This document shows, in pieces, positions 10,029 to 18,845 of a stretch of 64,000 nucleotides of DNA (positions are counted from its first letter, which is position 1; every line of letters begins with the position of its first letter). The stretch comes from Thermodesulfobacteriota bacterium. Its GTDB lineage: Bacteria > Desulfobacterota_D > UBA1144 > Nemesobacterales > CSP1-2. The notes below the pieces were generated by a model. That model was not told the DNA's origin. It ran no database searches and saw nothing but the letters and a program-made list of their open reading frames with translations. The position numbers and the translations under genes are program-made. Location: the NCBI GenBank assembly GCA_036397855.1, contig DASWID010000128.1, positions 10,747-74,746 on the forward strand, read 5' to 3'.

Positions 10029-10052
10029 TTCCCTGTAGCTTGCTGCAGGGAG
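10029..10052 (+). repeat. palindromic hairpin element TCCCTrTAGCTTGCTrCAGGGA (copy 1 of 2; second copy at 58802-58824)
   Basis: Stem of about 9 bp (one G.U pair) with a CTTG loop, lying downstream of ndh in a convergent intergenic region. The same motif recurs downstream of the RNase II/R gene. Confidence 0.5.
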
Positions 10053-10055
10053 TTT

Positions 10056-10126
10056 CATTCCGGAATTACAATCGAAGAGATATGATCCGGAATGTATCTA
10101 TATCAAAAAATACATCCCGGAATTAA
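10056..10126. promoter_or_regulatory. three direct repeats of a TCCGGAAT-type motif (cATTCCGGAATta / gATCCGGAATgta / cATCCCGGAATta) spaced about 28-30 bp apart
   Basis: Read directly from the sequence. The first copy contains the 10-bp perfect palindrome ATTCCGGAAT. Candidate protein-binding array. Confidence 0.4.
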
Positions 10127-10247
10127 GAAAAATAGAAAACGAGAGACTACATGATCCTTTAACGTATGATTTGCAATATTGTAGACCGGTAGTCGATCAT
10201 TATAGTATGAGTGTAATAACAAAAAAGATTTATATGAAATCTTTGAC

Positions 10248-10952
10248 TTAGCTAAAGGCTCGATTCTTTTTAATGCCTATATATATAATTACCGTTCCAA
10301 TCATTAACTCTATTGATTTTTCTAAGAGGAATCCGGCTTCTTTTAAGAGGCCAATAAAGTTGTCTCTGTCCGGAAATTTTGAAATCGAATCACCGAGATA
10401 TTGATACTCCTCTCTTTTATTGAAGACCGATGCTACGAGCGGTAGAACTCGTTTAAGGTAAAACATATATATTGGCCCAAAAATTTTATTGTTTGGGACT
10501 GCAAATTCAAGTATTCCCAATTTACCCGTTGGTTTTAAAACCCTATTCATTTCCTCTAATGATTTCAGAGGGTCTACTGTATTTCTTATTCCAAAGGCTA
10601 TGGTGATCGCATCAAAACTATCATCTCTGAATGGTAGGCTTTCACCAACCGCTCGTATAAAATTTATTTTCTTGTTTAAGCCAATGCAGTTTATTTTCTT
10701 TTGTCCGAGAACTAACATTTGAGCGCTGGGATCCAGACCAATAGCGTTCCTCTGGTTATTATTTTTTAAAATCTCAATCAAAACCTCACCAGTGCCAGTG
10801 GCAATATCAAGGACATAATCAGTACCTTCTATTTCTTTAGCCAATCTCTCTCTCCATCGCTTGTCCCTACCTAGGCTGAAAATTGTATTGAGCAGGTCGT
10901 AGTTTTCTGCTACAGAGTTAAAGATGGACCTAGTATTTGGCATGATATGCAA
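10248..10952 (-). CDS. ubiE: demethylmenaquinone/ubiquinone methyltransferase (UbiE/MenG family)
   Basis: N-terminal FNSVAENYDLLNTIFSLGRDKRWRE and SAM motif VLDIATGTGEV. The likely start is the ATG giving MPNTRS. Confidence 0.85.
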   Translation of the reverse strand: MHIMPNTRSIFNSVAENYDLLNTIFSLGRDKRWRERLAKEIEGTDYVLDIATGTGEVLIEILKNNNQRNAIGLDPSAQMLVLGQKKINCIGLNKKINFIRAVGESLPFRDDSFDAITIAFGIRNTVDPLKSLEEMNRVLKPTGKLGILEFAVPNNKIFGPIYMFYLKRVLPLVASVFNKREEYQYLGDSISKFPDRDNFIGLLKEAGFLLEKSIELMIGTVIIYIGIKKNRAFS

Positions 10953-11237
10953 ATGGTTGTTACTATATTATTTGATTTGGACAATCCCTAAAAGATTTAC
11001 TATTTGTGAAGCCATTTACAAAATTGCCCTTCGTCCCTTATCTCAAATAGTGATTTATCCCTATAAACCTGTTTCAAAATATATAAGAATTTAAGGTTCA
11101 GTCAAACACTATTAAACAGTCTCCTTCATGTTGATCGTTTCTTCCAGATTGCTATAGAGTTTCTAGTGTCATTGATGCGAGCCCATTGATTTTGCTCAGT
11201 AGTAACTCCGCGAAGGAATTCCCTCGTCTACTGTCAA

Positions 11238-11612
11238 TTAAAGATTCAGGATACATTTGAGAATATCCGAGGTGGTTATAATTCCAACCAGATCCCCGGT
11301 ACTCGAAACGACAGGAAGGGCATTGAATTTTTTCTCACATATTATTCGAGCCGCCTTTTCCACCTCCGCATCGTCAGATATTGTGACGAGATCGAAACGC
11401 ATCACATCTCGCACATTTAAACTTGACTCTACATAAGTTTGAACGATTGCCATACGGAGATCTCTGTCTGTAACAATGCCGATTAGTTTTCCATTCTCAA
11501 CCACGGGGGCCTGACGGAAGTGGTGCTTCAAAAGTGTCTGAAAAGCACCGTTGATGCTCTCATCGGGCGAGAGGCTCACGGGATTAAGAGTCATGAGTTC
11601 CTTTATCAACAT
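11238..11612 (-). CDS. CBS domain pair protein
   Basis: Two CBS motifs in a 124-aa ORF. Confidence 0.65.
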   Translation of the reverse strand: MLIKELMTLNPVSLSPDESINGAFQTLLKHHFRQAPVVENGKLIGIVTDRDLRMAIVQTYVESSLNVRDVMRFDLVTISDDAEVEKAARIICEKKFNALPVVSSTGDLVGIITTSDILKCILNL

Positions 11613-12076
11613 ATATTTACTCTATCATTAAATTTAGCATGTATTATACCAAGAGTTAATCTCCAGAAAAGGAAAATAAATTGAAAACCTAATTGACACT
11701 AATCCCATAAGCAAGGGTAGCTACACGATCGTTTTCCGAGTTATCTCCCATTTTGTGATGGAGCCTAAACATTAATTTAAATGTCTCGACAAACGACACC
11801 ACGAATGCGGGATCTTAAGCGATTGAGCATACTCATCGCGATCGCACTTGACAGAAACGTGCTTGAAGGCTGCTGCATTGGTTTTTTTGTGCCTTGATAT
11901 TAAGGTTGTCGCTTATGAAGATTGGCATGGCAAGCCGTTTACTGAAATGAGTGATGGCTAACACAAAAGGATTAAGCGCAAAAATTTAATTGAAGGACAT
12001 TACTTAATTGGAATTATACTTTACATAAATGAGTTGAAAAGGACTTGGTCAATCATTTGAGATTAGGTCTTTGAAT

Positions 12077-15010
12077 TCAAAACTTTACTTCGAATGTCTG
12101 TTCTTTTCCATCTCTTAAAACTCTGACGAAGGCTGTATCTCCCCTTTCTTTATAGAGTAGATTTATCTTAAGGTCCTCTATAGAGTCTATTGGATTGTTA
12201 TCGAAATAGAAAATCTTATCGCCTTTTTGTAAGCCGGATTTTTTTGCTATGCTTTCTTCGTCGAAGCCATTTATTTTAACCTCTTCACTAGCTTTATCTA
12301 CGAGAATTCCCAATTTAGGGGATTCTGTTGCACCTAGCACTTCGGGGAAGATCCGGAAGTCAGCAACATCATCGCCATCTTCCTCGTCATTTAATATTGT
12401 TGAGTATTGAAATCCATTCCTTCTGTATGTTTTTTTTGGTATGCCGTAACCGTATATGAGGTGGCCGTTTCCAGCTAAAACCACCATCTGGTAATCTGGA
12501 TTTTCGTTCAGAAATTCAGAGATGGATTCCGCCATAGTTTCGTCCCAAAGTATTTGAACCTGGTAGAAGAGGTTGAAATCTTTTCCCTCTGATCCCGGAT
12601 GGAACTTGAAGGTTTCTTTTAGCAGCCTCCTGTATTTTCCGTCGGAGAAGTCCATCTCGGCAGGAATCCTTTTGCGATCTTCGTCGGTCAAGGATAGGAC
12701 ACCGTCTTCAGATACCTTTTTTACAATTTCGCTCTCAGCATTCAATGCGACGACAGGGATGTTGTTCTCTCTTGCGAAATCGATAATAGGCCTGTAAAGC
12801 CTATAATCCAAGCCCCATTTCTTGTAATATTCCGTTTTTTTCAGGAATTGTCTTTCGTCTATGTGTCCACTTGAATAGTCGTTCATGAATTGCTGGAACG
12901 GTTTTTCGAACATTTCCATTCCTATGGCTAAGTTTCTATTTATTTTGGCAAGCCTCTTTATTATCTTCACTTGAGTCATATGATGTGCGGGCTGGTCATG
13001 TTCTTCCCCGATATAAATGATCTTTTTATCCTTAATATGATCGACTATGTTCTCCAAATCTAATTCACTTTGTATTGAATTTTCTTTCTCAATTTCATTT
13101 CTATTAACATTAATTCCGTTTTCAGATAGGGCTATTTCTTTCGTCACATTTTTTCCATTTTTAAAATTTAGGATTGAGTAAATGCCGTAATGGGTAATCT
13201 TTTTTGCTGCTGCTTCTACTTCTTCCTTTGATTCCCCGTTGACGAGGGCTATTACCTTTTGCTCATCAAACGGGTTTTCTTTCACGATGACGTTGAAGCC
13301 TTCCTCATCTAGTTCAGTTCCTCCAAATATTCTTTTTATAAGCGGAATGTCCTTTCCTAGTACAATTAAAGTACCGGATTTTAAGTCATCGATATCTATC
13401 TCTTCTGATGCTTTAAATTCTATCTCTTTGTCGTTAAACAAATCAATGAATTTCTGATATATTGCTTTTTCATCTCTTTCCAATACGAAGATAATTCTTT
13501 TCTCGCCCATTATCCTCGATATGACCGGTGGAAATTCAGGCTCTGAAAGCTTTCTTGGCACGTCGTAATCTTCGTCTATAACAACTCTTTGAGGCTCAGT
13601 GTCTAAATTAATTCTAAATGTTTCTGCATCCTTCGTAAGTTTGAGAATTTGCTTTTTCTTTGTATGATCAGCGGAATAGATTGATACCGGTAAATCGAAC
13701 TGATAAACATTTTCATTTTGCGATAGCTCGATCTCAAGCAGGTAGCGACCGTTTTCATGACTAAGTTTTGTGTTCTTTATTTCTAACTCGGGCAATCCTT
13801 TTTTATTTAACCATTGATCGAAAAACCAACCCAGATCTTTGTTATTCATTTTTTCAAAGCTCATTTTTATATCATCCCAGTCTGCTATTTCAAACTGATT
13901 TTCAGAGATGAAGTCTTTTATGGAATTTTGAAAGTTGCGTTTACCTACAGCACGCTTCAGGAGATGAAAAACCATTGCAGATTTGCCATAGCCAATGGCT
14001 CTAGATCTTTTGTCCGAGACTCCTTGGAAATCTTTTAATGGGAAATCGTTATTCTGATCTACGAATGATTGATAATTTATTAAAAGATTTTTCCTATAGT
14101 CGGATCCATTTCCCTTCTGATCCTCATAATAATGGTCTGCTAGATATGTTGTAAGGCCTTCGCTCCAGTTCCCTTTCTCAAAGGCTACATACACATGATT
14201 TCCAAGCCATTGATGAAGGATCTCGTGTCCCAAAGAAGTGTCAACGATAAAAGGAAGCCTTATAACGCTACTGCCAAGGAGGGTAAAGGTTGGCATCGAG
14301 TATCCTGTAGGAAAAGTATTTTCAACAATCGAGAACCTTTTGTATGGGAATTCACCAAATAAATTATCATATAGATCAATGTATCTCTTGGAATAATCGA
14401 GGTATGTTTTTGAATAGCCTTCGTCTTCCACAAAAAAGTATGTGTAGATATCAATGTTCTTGTGCTTTTCCTTATTTGCAACAAATCTATTGGAGGCCAC
14501 AAGATGTACGTGATCGAGGGGATGGGGGAAACTAAATTTAAATGCAGTGTCGTTATCCCCCTTAACTTCGTCGATTTGCTCAGCTTCCGAAACAGCTAAG
14601 TATCCTTTTGGCAGTTTGGCCGACAGTTTATAGTAACAAGGAGTGCCCAAGTGCGGATACCAGTCGCCCACTAGGAATACACCATTGTCAACAACAGAAT
14701 TCTGAGAGGAATTGTATTTAAACGTAGCGGTAAACTCTATGATAATATGATCATTTTTATCGCCTTCTATTCTTATTTCGTCTAGATTTTGCGAATAGGA
14801 AATTTTATCAGTTTCTATAATGTTTAAATTCTTTGTGGTTAATACGAGTGACTGCCTTTTATCTGGAATTATTTTCATTTTCTCAACGATTGTGGAATCT
14901 GAAACATCTATGTTGACATCCAGTTCACATAAAGGGTACGCATATGCCAGATGAGAGCCTAATAGAAGAAAGAATGCAAGGTACTTAAGGTAAGCCATGA
15001 TATTAATCAA
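12077..15010 (-). CDS. secreted multidomain protein: M1-like zinc aminopeptidase domain + ChaN/Tiki-like domain + C-terminal PDZ
   Basis: N-terminal signal peptide. Gluzincin motif HEILH-X18-E (HEILHQWLGN...NWSEGLTTY) at aa 262-284. A ChaN/Tiki-type segment (IYIGEEHDQPAHHMTQ...) follows at about aa 660-870, and a PDZ-like C-terminus (GILVDKASEE...GLQKGDKIFYFDNNPIDSIEDL...) closes the protein. Confidence 0.7.
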   Translation of the reverse strand: MINIMAYLKYLAFFLLLGSHLAYAYPLCELDVNIDVSDSTIVEKMKIIPDKRQSLVLTTKNLNIIETDKISYSQNLDEIRIEGDKNDHIIIEFTATFKYNSSQNSVVDNGVFLVGDWYPHLGTPCYYKLSAKLPKGYLAVSEAEQIDEVKGDNDTAFKFSFPHPLDHVHLVASNRFVANKEKHKNIDIYTYFFVEDEGYSKTYLDYSKRYIDLYDNLFGEFPYKRFSIVENTFPTGYSMPTFTLLGSSVIRLPFIVDTSLGHEILHQWLGNHVYVAFEKGNWSEGLTTYLADHYYEDQKGNGSDYRKNLLINYQSFVDQNNDFPLKDFQGVSDKRSRAIGYGKSAMVFHLLKRAVGKRNFQNSIKDFISENQFEIADWDDIKMSFEKMNNKDLGWFFDQWLNKKGLPELEIKNTKLSHENGRYLLEIELSQNENVYQFDLPVSIYSADHTKKKQILKLTKDAETFRINLDTEPQRVVIDEDYDVPRKLSEPEFPPVISRIMGEKRIIFVLERDEKAIYQKFIDLFNDKEIEFKASEEIDIDDLKSGTLIVLGKDIPLIKRIFGGTELDEEGFNVIVKENPFDEQKVIALVNGESKEEVEAAAKKITHYGIYSILNFKNGKNVTKEIALSENGINVNRNEIEKENSIQSELDLENIVDHIKDKKIIYIGEEHDQPAHHMTQVKIIKRLAKINRNLAIGMEMFEKPFQQFMNDYSSGHIDERQFLKKTEYYKKWGLDYRLYRPIIDFARENNIPVVALNAESEIVKKVSEDGVLSLTDEDRKRIPAEMDFSDGKYRRLLKETFKFHPGSEGKDFNLFYQVQILWDETMAESISEFLNENPDYQMVVLAGNGHLIYGYGIPKKTYRRNGFQYSTILNDEEDGDDVADFRIFPEVLGATESPKLGILVDKASEEVKINGFDEESIAKKSGLQKGDKIFYFDNNPIDSIEDLKINLLYKERGDTAFVRVLRDGKEQTFEVKF

Positions 15011-15505
15011 AACGGTGATGACTAGAATTGGGGATAGTTTTTGAAATTACTCAGTAAGAATTGATATATATTCCTCCTTCTATAATTAATCCCAAACGCA
15101 AATTCCTTCAAGTGTAAATAAAACGTAGCTTTATTAATTGCTCGAAATCTGGCTAACCTCATTTTAGCATGACCCCAAAATCCTTCAATCCGATTGATAT
15201 CAAAGACTTTATGGGAAAACTGTCGGGTTGTCTAAGAATGGTGGTAAAACTTTTGGGGCTCAGAGTAGATCAACCGGTAAAAGCGGGGACTTTAAACCGA
15301 AGTTGAATAAAGCTTTCTCAGCTATTTGGAAATGTAAAACATCACCGCGTACAGTTTTGTTGTAAGATTATCGTACATCTCATATCCTGCTCAATTCTTG
15401 ACTAGTTCCTAACATGCTGAAATTGTTTGGAAAGATTGCTCTTAACATTGGCATGTGCTTTGCAGCGTAAAGGTGTATATAGTTTGTAAAAAGGGATAAC
15501 TCAAG

Positions 15506-16648
15506 ATGAGGACGGAGAACGATTTATTCCGATATGGCGATGACATAGGGCCGCTAAAGATCATCCACGTCTATGAGCCTTCGATTCAGTTGAAGGCGAT
15601 CTTGGTTGTTGACAACGTGGCTAGAGGACCTTCAATCGGTGGCCTACGCCTGGCGCCTGATGTAAGCACCGAGGAGTGTTACCGTCTAGCACGAGCAATG
15701 ACCTTGAAGAATGCCGCTGCTGATCTTCATCACGGGGGCGGCAAATCGGTAATGTTTGGAGATCCGAATATGCCAAAGGCCGAGAAAGAAGAGCTCATAC
15801 GCTGTCTTGCAAAGGCATTGCGCAATGATGAGGAATACATATTCGGACCAGATATGGGGACAGACGAAGAATGCATGGCATGGGTGAATGACGAGATCGG
15901 GAGAGCCGTAGGCTTGCCCCGTGAGATTGGTGGTATACCGCTTGATGAAATAGGTGCAACCGGCTGGGGTCTCATGCATTCCACTGAGGTAGCCCTGGAA
16001 TTCTGCGAGTTAAAATTAGAAGATGCTCGTTTCGCTGTTCAGGGATTTGGTGCAGTGGGCAAACATTCTGCGCGCTTTCTCGCTGAGAGGGGTGCGGTAA
16101 TGGTGGCGGCCGCAGACTCAAAAGGTGCCATTCATAACCCAGATGGTATTGATGTAAATGAATTGATTGAGCTCAAGGCTGAGGGGGTCAGTGTATCGAA
16201 TTATTCACGTGGGTATCCAATTGACCGGGATGCCATTATCGATGTAGAATGCGATGTCTGGATCCCTGCCGCGCGCCCGGATGCTATTAACGAGAACAAT
16301 GTAGAACGCCTCAAGACAAAGCTAGTGATAGCAGGAGCAAATATACCGATAACACTTGGCGCCGAAAAGGTTCTAGCGGAGAAGGACATAGTCTGCGTGC
16401 CCGATTTCATAGCCAACGCTGGGGGGGTGATCTGTGCGGCAATGGAGTACAGGGGTGCGAGTGAGTCGGAGGCGTTCAGTGTCATTGAAGAGAAGTTACG
16501 GCGAAATACTAGACAGGTTTTGGAATATGCTGCAAATAACAGTATATTGCCGCGACAAGCAGCTTTGGAACTGGCGTTGAAAAGAGTTAAGAAGGCGATG
16601 AGTTTCCGGCGTTTTTCATCCTTTTCATCCGCACCCAATTTTGTATAG
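15506..16648 (+). CDS. Glu/Leu/Phe/Val-family amino-acid dehydrogenase (length suggests a Leu/Val/Phe-DH type)
   Basis: GGGKSVMFGDP catalytic-lysine motif and a Rossmann GFGAVG motif; 380 aa. Confidence 0.8.
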   Translation: MRTENDLFRYGDDIGPLKIIHVYEPSIQLKAILVVDNVARGPSIGGLRLAPDVSTEECYRLARAMTLKNAAADLHHGGGKSVMFGDPNMPKAEKEELIRCLAKALRNDEEYIFGPDMGTDEECMAWVNDEIGRAVGLPREIGGIPLDEIGATGWGLMHSTEVALEFCELKLEDARFAVQGFGAVGKHSARFLAERGAVMVAAADSKGAIHNPDGIDVNELIELKAEGVSVSNYSRGYPIDRDAIIDVECDVWIPAARPDAINENNVERLKTKLVIAGANIPITLGAEKVLAEKDIVCVPDFIANAGGVICAAMEYRGASESEAFSVIEEKLRRNTRQVLEYAANNSILPRQAALELALKRVKKAMSFRRFSSFSSAPNFV

Positions 16649-16666
16649 GCAGCAAGGAAAAAGACT

Positions 16667-17035
16667 ATGTTTCAGATTCGATTTCACGGGAGAGGCGGAC
16701 AGGGCATAAAGACGGCTAGTCGTGTTTTGAGCACGGCCTTTTTTCTTGAGGGTTTTGAAGTTCAGGATGCACCGCTCTACGGCGCAGAGAGGCGTGGTGC
16801 CCCCATCTTTGCATACGTTCGCGCTTCAAGACACCCCATTAACGAGCGTGGTATAATTCAGCGCCCCGACCTGGTTATAGTTGCGGATGACACCTTGGTG
16901 CCTGTGCCCGCTGCTGGTGTACTGAGGGGTATTAGCAATAGAACTGTCTTATTGATCAGCAGTCATGAGTCGCCGGAAACCTGGAGTGACCGTCTGAATA
17001 TTCAATCGAAGATATTGATTCTGCCTGGAACGTAA
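16667..17035 (+). CDS. 2-oxoacid:ferredoxin oxidoreductase gamma subunit, N-terminal two-thirds, ending at an in-frame TAA inside the conserved domain
   Basis: MFQIRFHGRGGQGIKTAS...GAERRGAPIFAYVRAS is canonical POR/VOR gamma. The TAA at 17033-17035 falls where homologs continue, and the downstream sequence in the same frame continues the gamma homology. Confidence 0.7.
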   Translation: MFQIRFHGRGGQGIKTASRVLSTAFFLEGFEVQDAPLYGAERRGAPIFAYVRASRHPINERGIIQRPDLVIVADDTLVPVPAAGVLRGISNRTVLLISSHESPETWSDRLNIQSKILILPGT

Positions 17036-17098
17036 AAGGTAGAAGCCCGCGCGGAACAGCCGTTCATTGGAGCGGCCTGCGCGGGAGCTGCGGCTTCT

Positions 17099-17593
17099 TT
17101 GTTAGGGGTAATTTCGCGTGACTCTTTGGCAGAGGCTATCCGTGCCGAACTTGCGACTCTAGGAGCAGAGATCGTCGATAAAAATCTTGAGAGGGCAGAA
17201 TCAGCCTTCCAACTGATGCGTGATCATTCGGGTTGCGTAATGGAGGGCGAAGATGTTTCAGCGGCTAATTATAACCCTCCAGATTGGGTGGATTTGCCAT
17301 TTGAAGAGGCAAGTAAATCTGCTCCGGCGATCCATGCAGGTCTTACCAGTGTGGAGGTCAAAACGGGCTTGTGGCGCACGCTGCGCCCCGTGATCGATTA
17401 CGACCGCTGTAAGCGCTGCTGGTGGGTTTGCAGCACATTCTGTCCGGATAGTGCCATCCTGGTTACTGCGGGTGGCAGCCCACAGATCGATTATGATCAT
17501 TGTAAGGGCTGCATGATATGCGTGGCTCAGTGTCCATCACATGCAATCGAAGCGATTTGGGAACACGAGGTAAAGGAACATCTAGGGGGCTAA
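17099..17593 (+). CDS. gamma-subunit C-terminal segment fused in-frame to the delta (2x[4Fe-4S] ferredoxin) subunit; no ATG start (track start is TTG)
   Basis: Same frame as 16667-17035. The N-terminus (SLLGVISRDSLAEAIRAEL) matches gamma C-terminal conservation. The C-terminus has two CxxCxxCxxxCP ferredoxin motifs (CKRCWWVCSTFCP, CKGCMICVAQCP). Confidence 0.7.
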   Translation: MLGVISRDSLAEAIRAELATLGAEIVDKNLERAESAFQLMRDHSGCVMEGEDVSAANYNPPDWVDLPFEEASKSAPAIHAGLTSVEVKTGLWRTLRPVIDYDRCKRCWWVCSTFCPDSAILVTAGGSPQIDYDHCKGCMICVAQCPSHAIEAIWEHEVKEHLGG

Positions 17594-17597
17594 AATC

Positions 17598-18845
17598 ATG
17601 ACTCGTACATTGCTCACAGGCAACGGGGCCGCAGCGTGGGGGGGGCGTTTGGCAAGGGTAGACTATATACCTGCATTCCCAATCACACCGCAGACAGAGA
17701 TAATTGAGACCCTTTCCAACTGGATAGACAGCGGGGAAATGGCTGGTCGCCTTGTGATGCTCGAATCCGAACACTCCATGCTTACAGCTGCCGGTGGTGC
17801 GGCTGCCACCGGTGTTCGGGTGTTAAGCGCGACATCGAGTCAGGGATTGTTATATGCTATGGAAATGGTTTATACAGTTGCCGGTTGGCGAACACCTTTT
17901 GTGCTGATAAATGTATCCCGTGGCTTGTCTTCACCAATCACCCTTGAACCAGACCATAACGACGTATTGGCGGCGCGCGACTCTGGGTTTCTGCAGATTC
18001 ATTGTGCTACCTGTCAGGAAGTTTTGGACACTACCCTGATGGCTTTCCGCCTGGCAGAAGATAAACGAGTACGCTTACCCGTCATCGTTAATATGGATGG
18101 ATTCTATCTTTCATTTACCCGTGAGCCTGTGGAATTACCGGAAGCCGGTGCTGTGGATGCTTTTCTGCCACCTTTTGATCCTGAGAACATTGTATTTCGT
18201 GCCAGTACGCCTACGAGTCAGGCAGTCGCTGTACTAGGAGGTTCGCCTTACTCTTATTTTCGTTATGAAATGCACCTTGCCGCCTTGAATGCCCTTGAAG
18301 TGTACGACGAAATTTCAAAGGCATTTGCGCAACAATTCGGAAGGAAACATGATTCGATCGAGTCTTATCAATCTGAGGATGCTGATATTTTGTTTGTTAT
18401 GATGGATTCCTTCGCTACCAAAGCGAAAGCCGCCATTGACCGGTTGCGAGACGCTGGAAAAGCAGTAGGGTTGTTACGTCCGCGACTGATACGTCCCTTC
18501 CCGGCGGAGCATATGCAGCGCTTGCTTGCTGGCAAAAGAGGTGTTGCTGTAATTGATCAGAACCTGTCTATTGGCAAAGGTGGAGTATTACATTCCGAGT
18601 TGGCATCTGTCCTCTATGGTCAGAAGGGAGCCCCACCAATACTGGCAAGTTTTATCGGTGGTCTGGGCGGTCGGGATATCTCTGCCGAAGAATTCTTTGA
18701 AATGGCGGAGGTAACACGCAGGGCAGTCGACTCAGGTAAAACGCCTCCACCCAGGTTGCTATATAACCGTGATGAACTCAGGGAGATCAGAAAATTGCAG
18801 GCGGTAGCCCACGTTGAGCGTCAAGAACTTGGAGAAAAACCATGA
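17598..18845 (+). CDS. 2-oxoacid:ferredoxin oxidoreductase alpha subunit
   Basis: Four-subunit POR/VOR alpha-type sequence of 415 aa; overlaps the beta gene start by 4 nt. Confidence 0.8.
   Translation: MTRTLLTGNGAAAWGGRLARVDYIPAFPITPQTEIIETLSNWIDSGEMAGRLVMLESEHSMLTAAGGAAATGVRVLSATSSQGLLYAMEMVYTVAGWRTPFVLINVSRGLSSPITLEPDHNDVLAARDSGFLQIHCATCQEVLDTTLMAFRLAEDKRVRLPVIVNMDGFYLSFTREPVELPEAGAVDAFLPPFDPENIVFRASTPTSQAVAVLGGSPYSYFRYEMHLAALNALEVYDEISKAFAQQFGRKHDSIESYQSEDADILFVMMDSFATKAKAAIDRLRDAGKAVGLLRPRLIRPFPAEHMQRLLAGKRGVAVIDQNLSIGKGGVLHSELASVLYGQKGAPPILASFIGGLGGRDISAEEFFEMAEVTRRAVDSGKTPPPRLLYNRDELREIRKLQAVAHVERQELGEKP

Noticed and set aside
15169-15309. 46-codon ORF (MTPKSFNPIDIKDFMGKLSGCLRMVVKLLGLRVDQPVKAGTLNRS) in the divergent leader region
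   Set aside because: No Shine-Dalgarno is present and the composition is unremarkable. It overlaps the long-range helix, so an RNA-structure interpretation is at least as likely. Recorded under findings rather than as a CDS.
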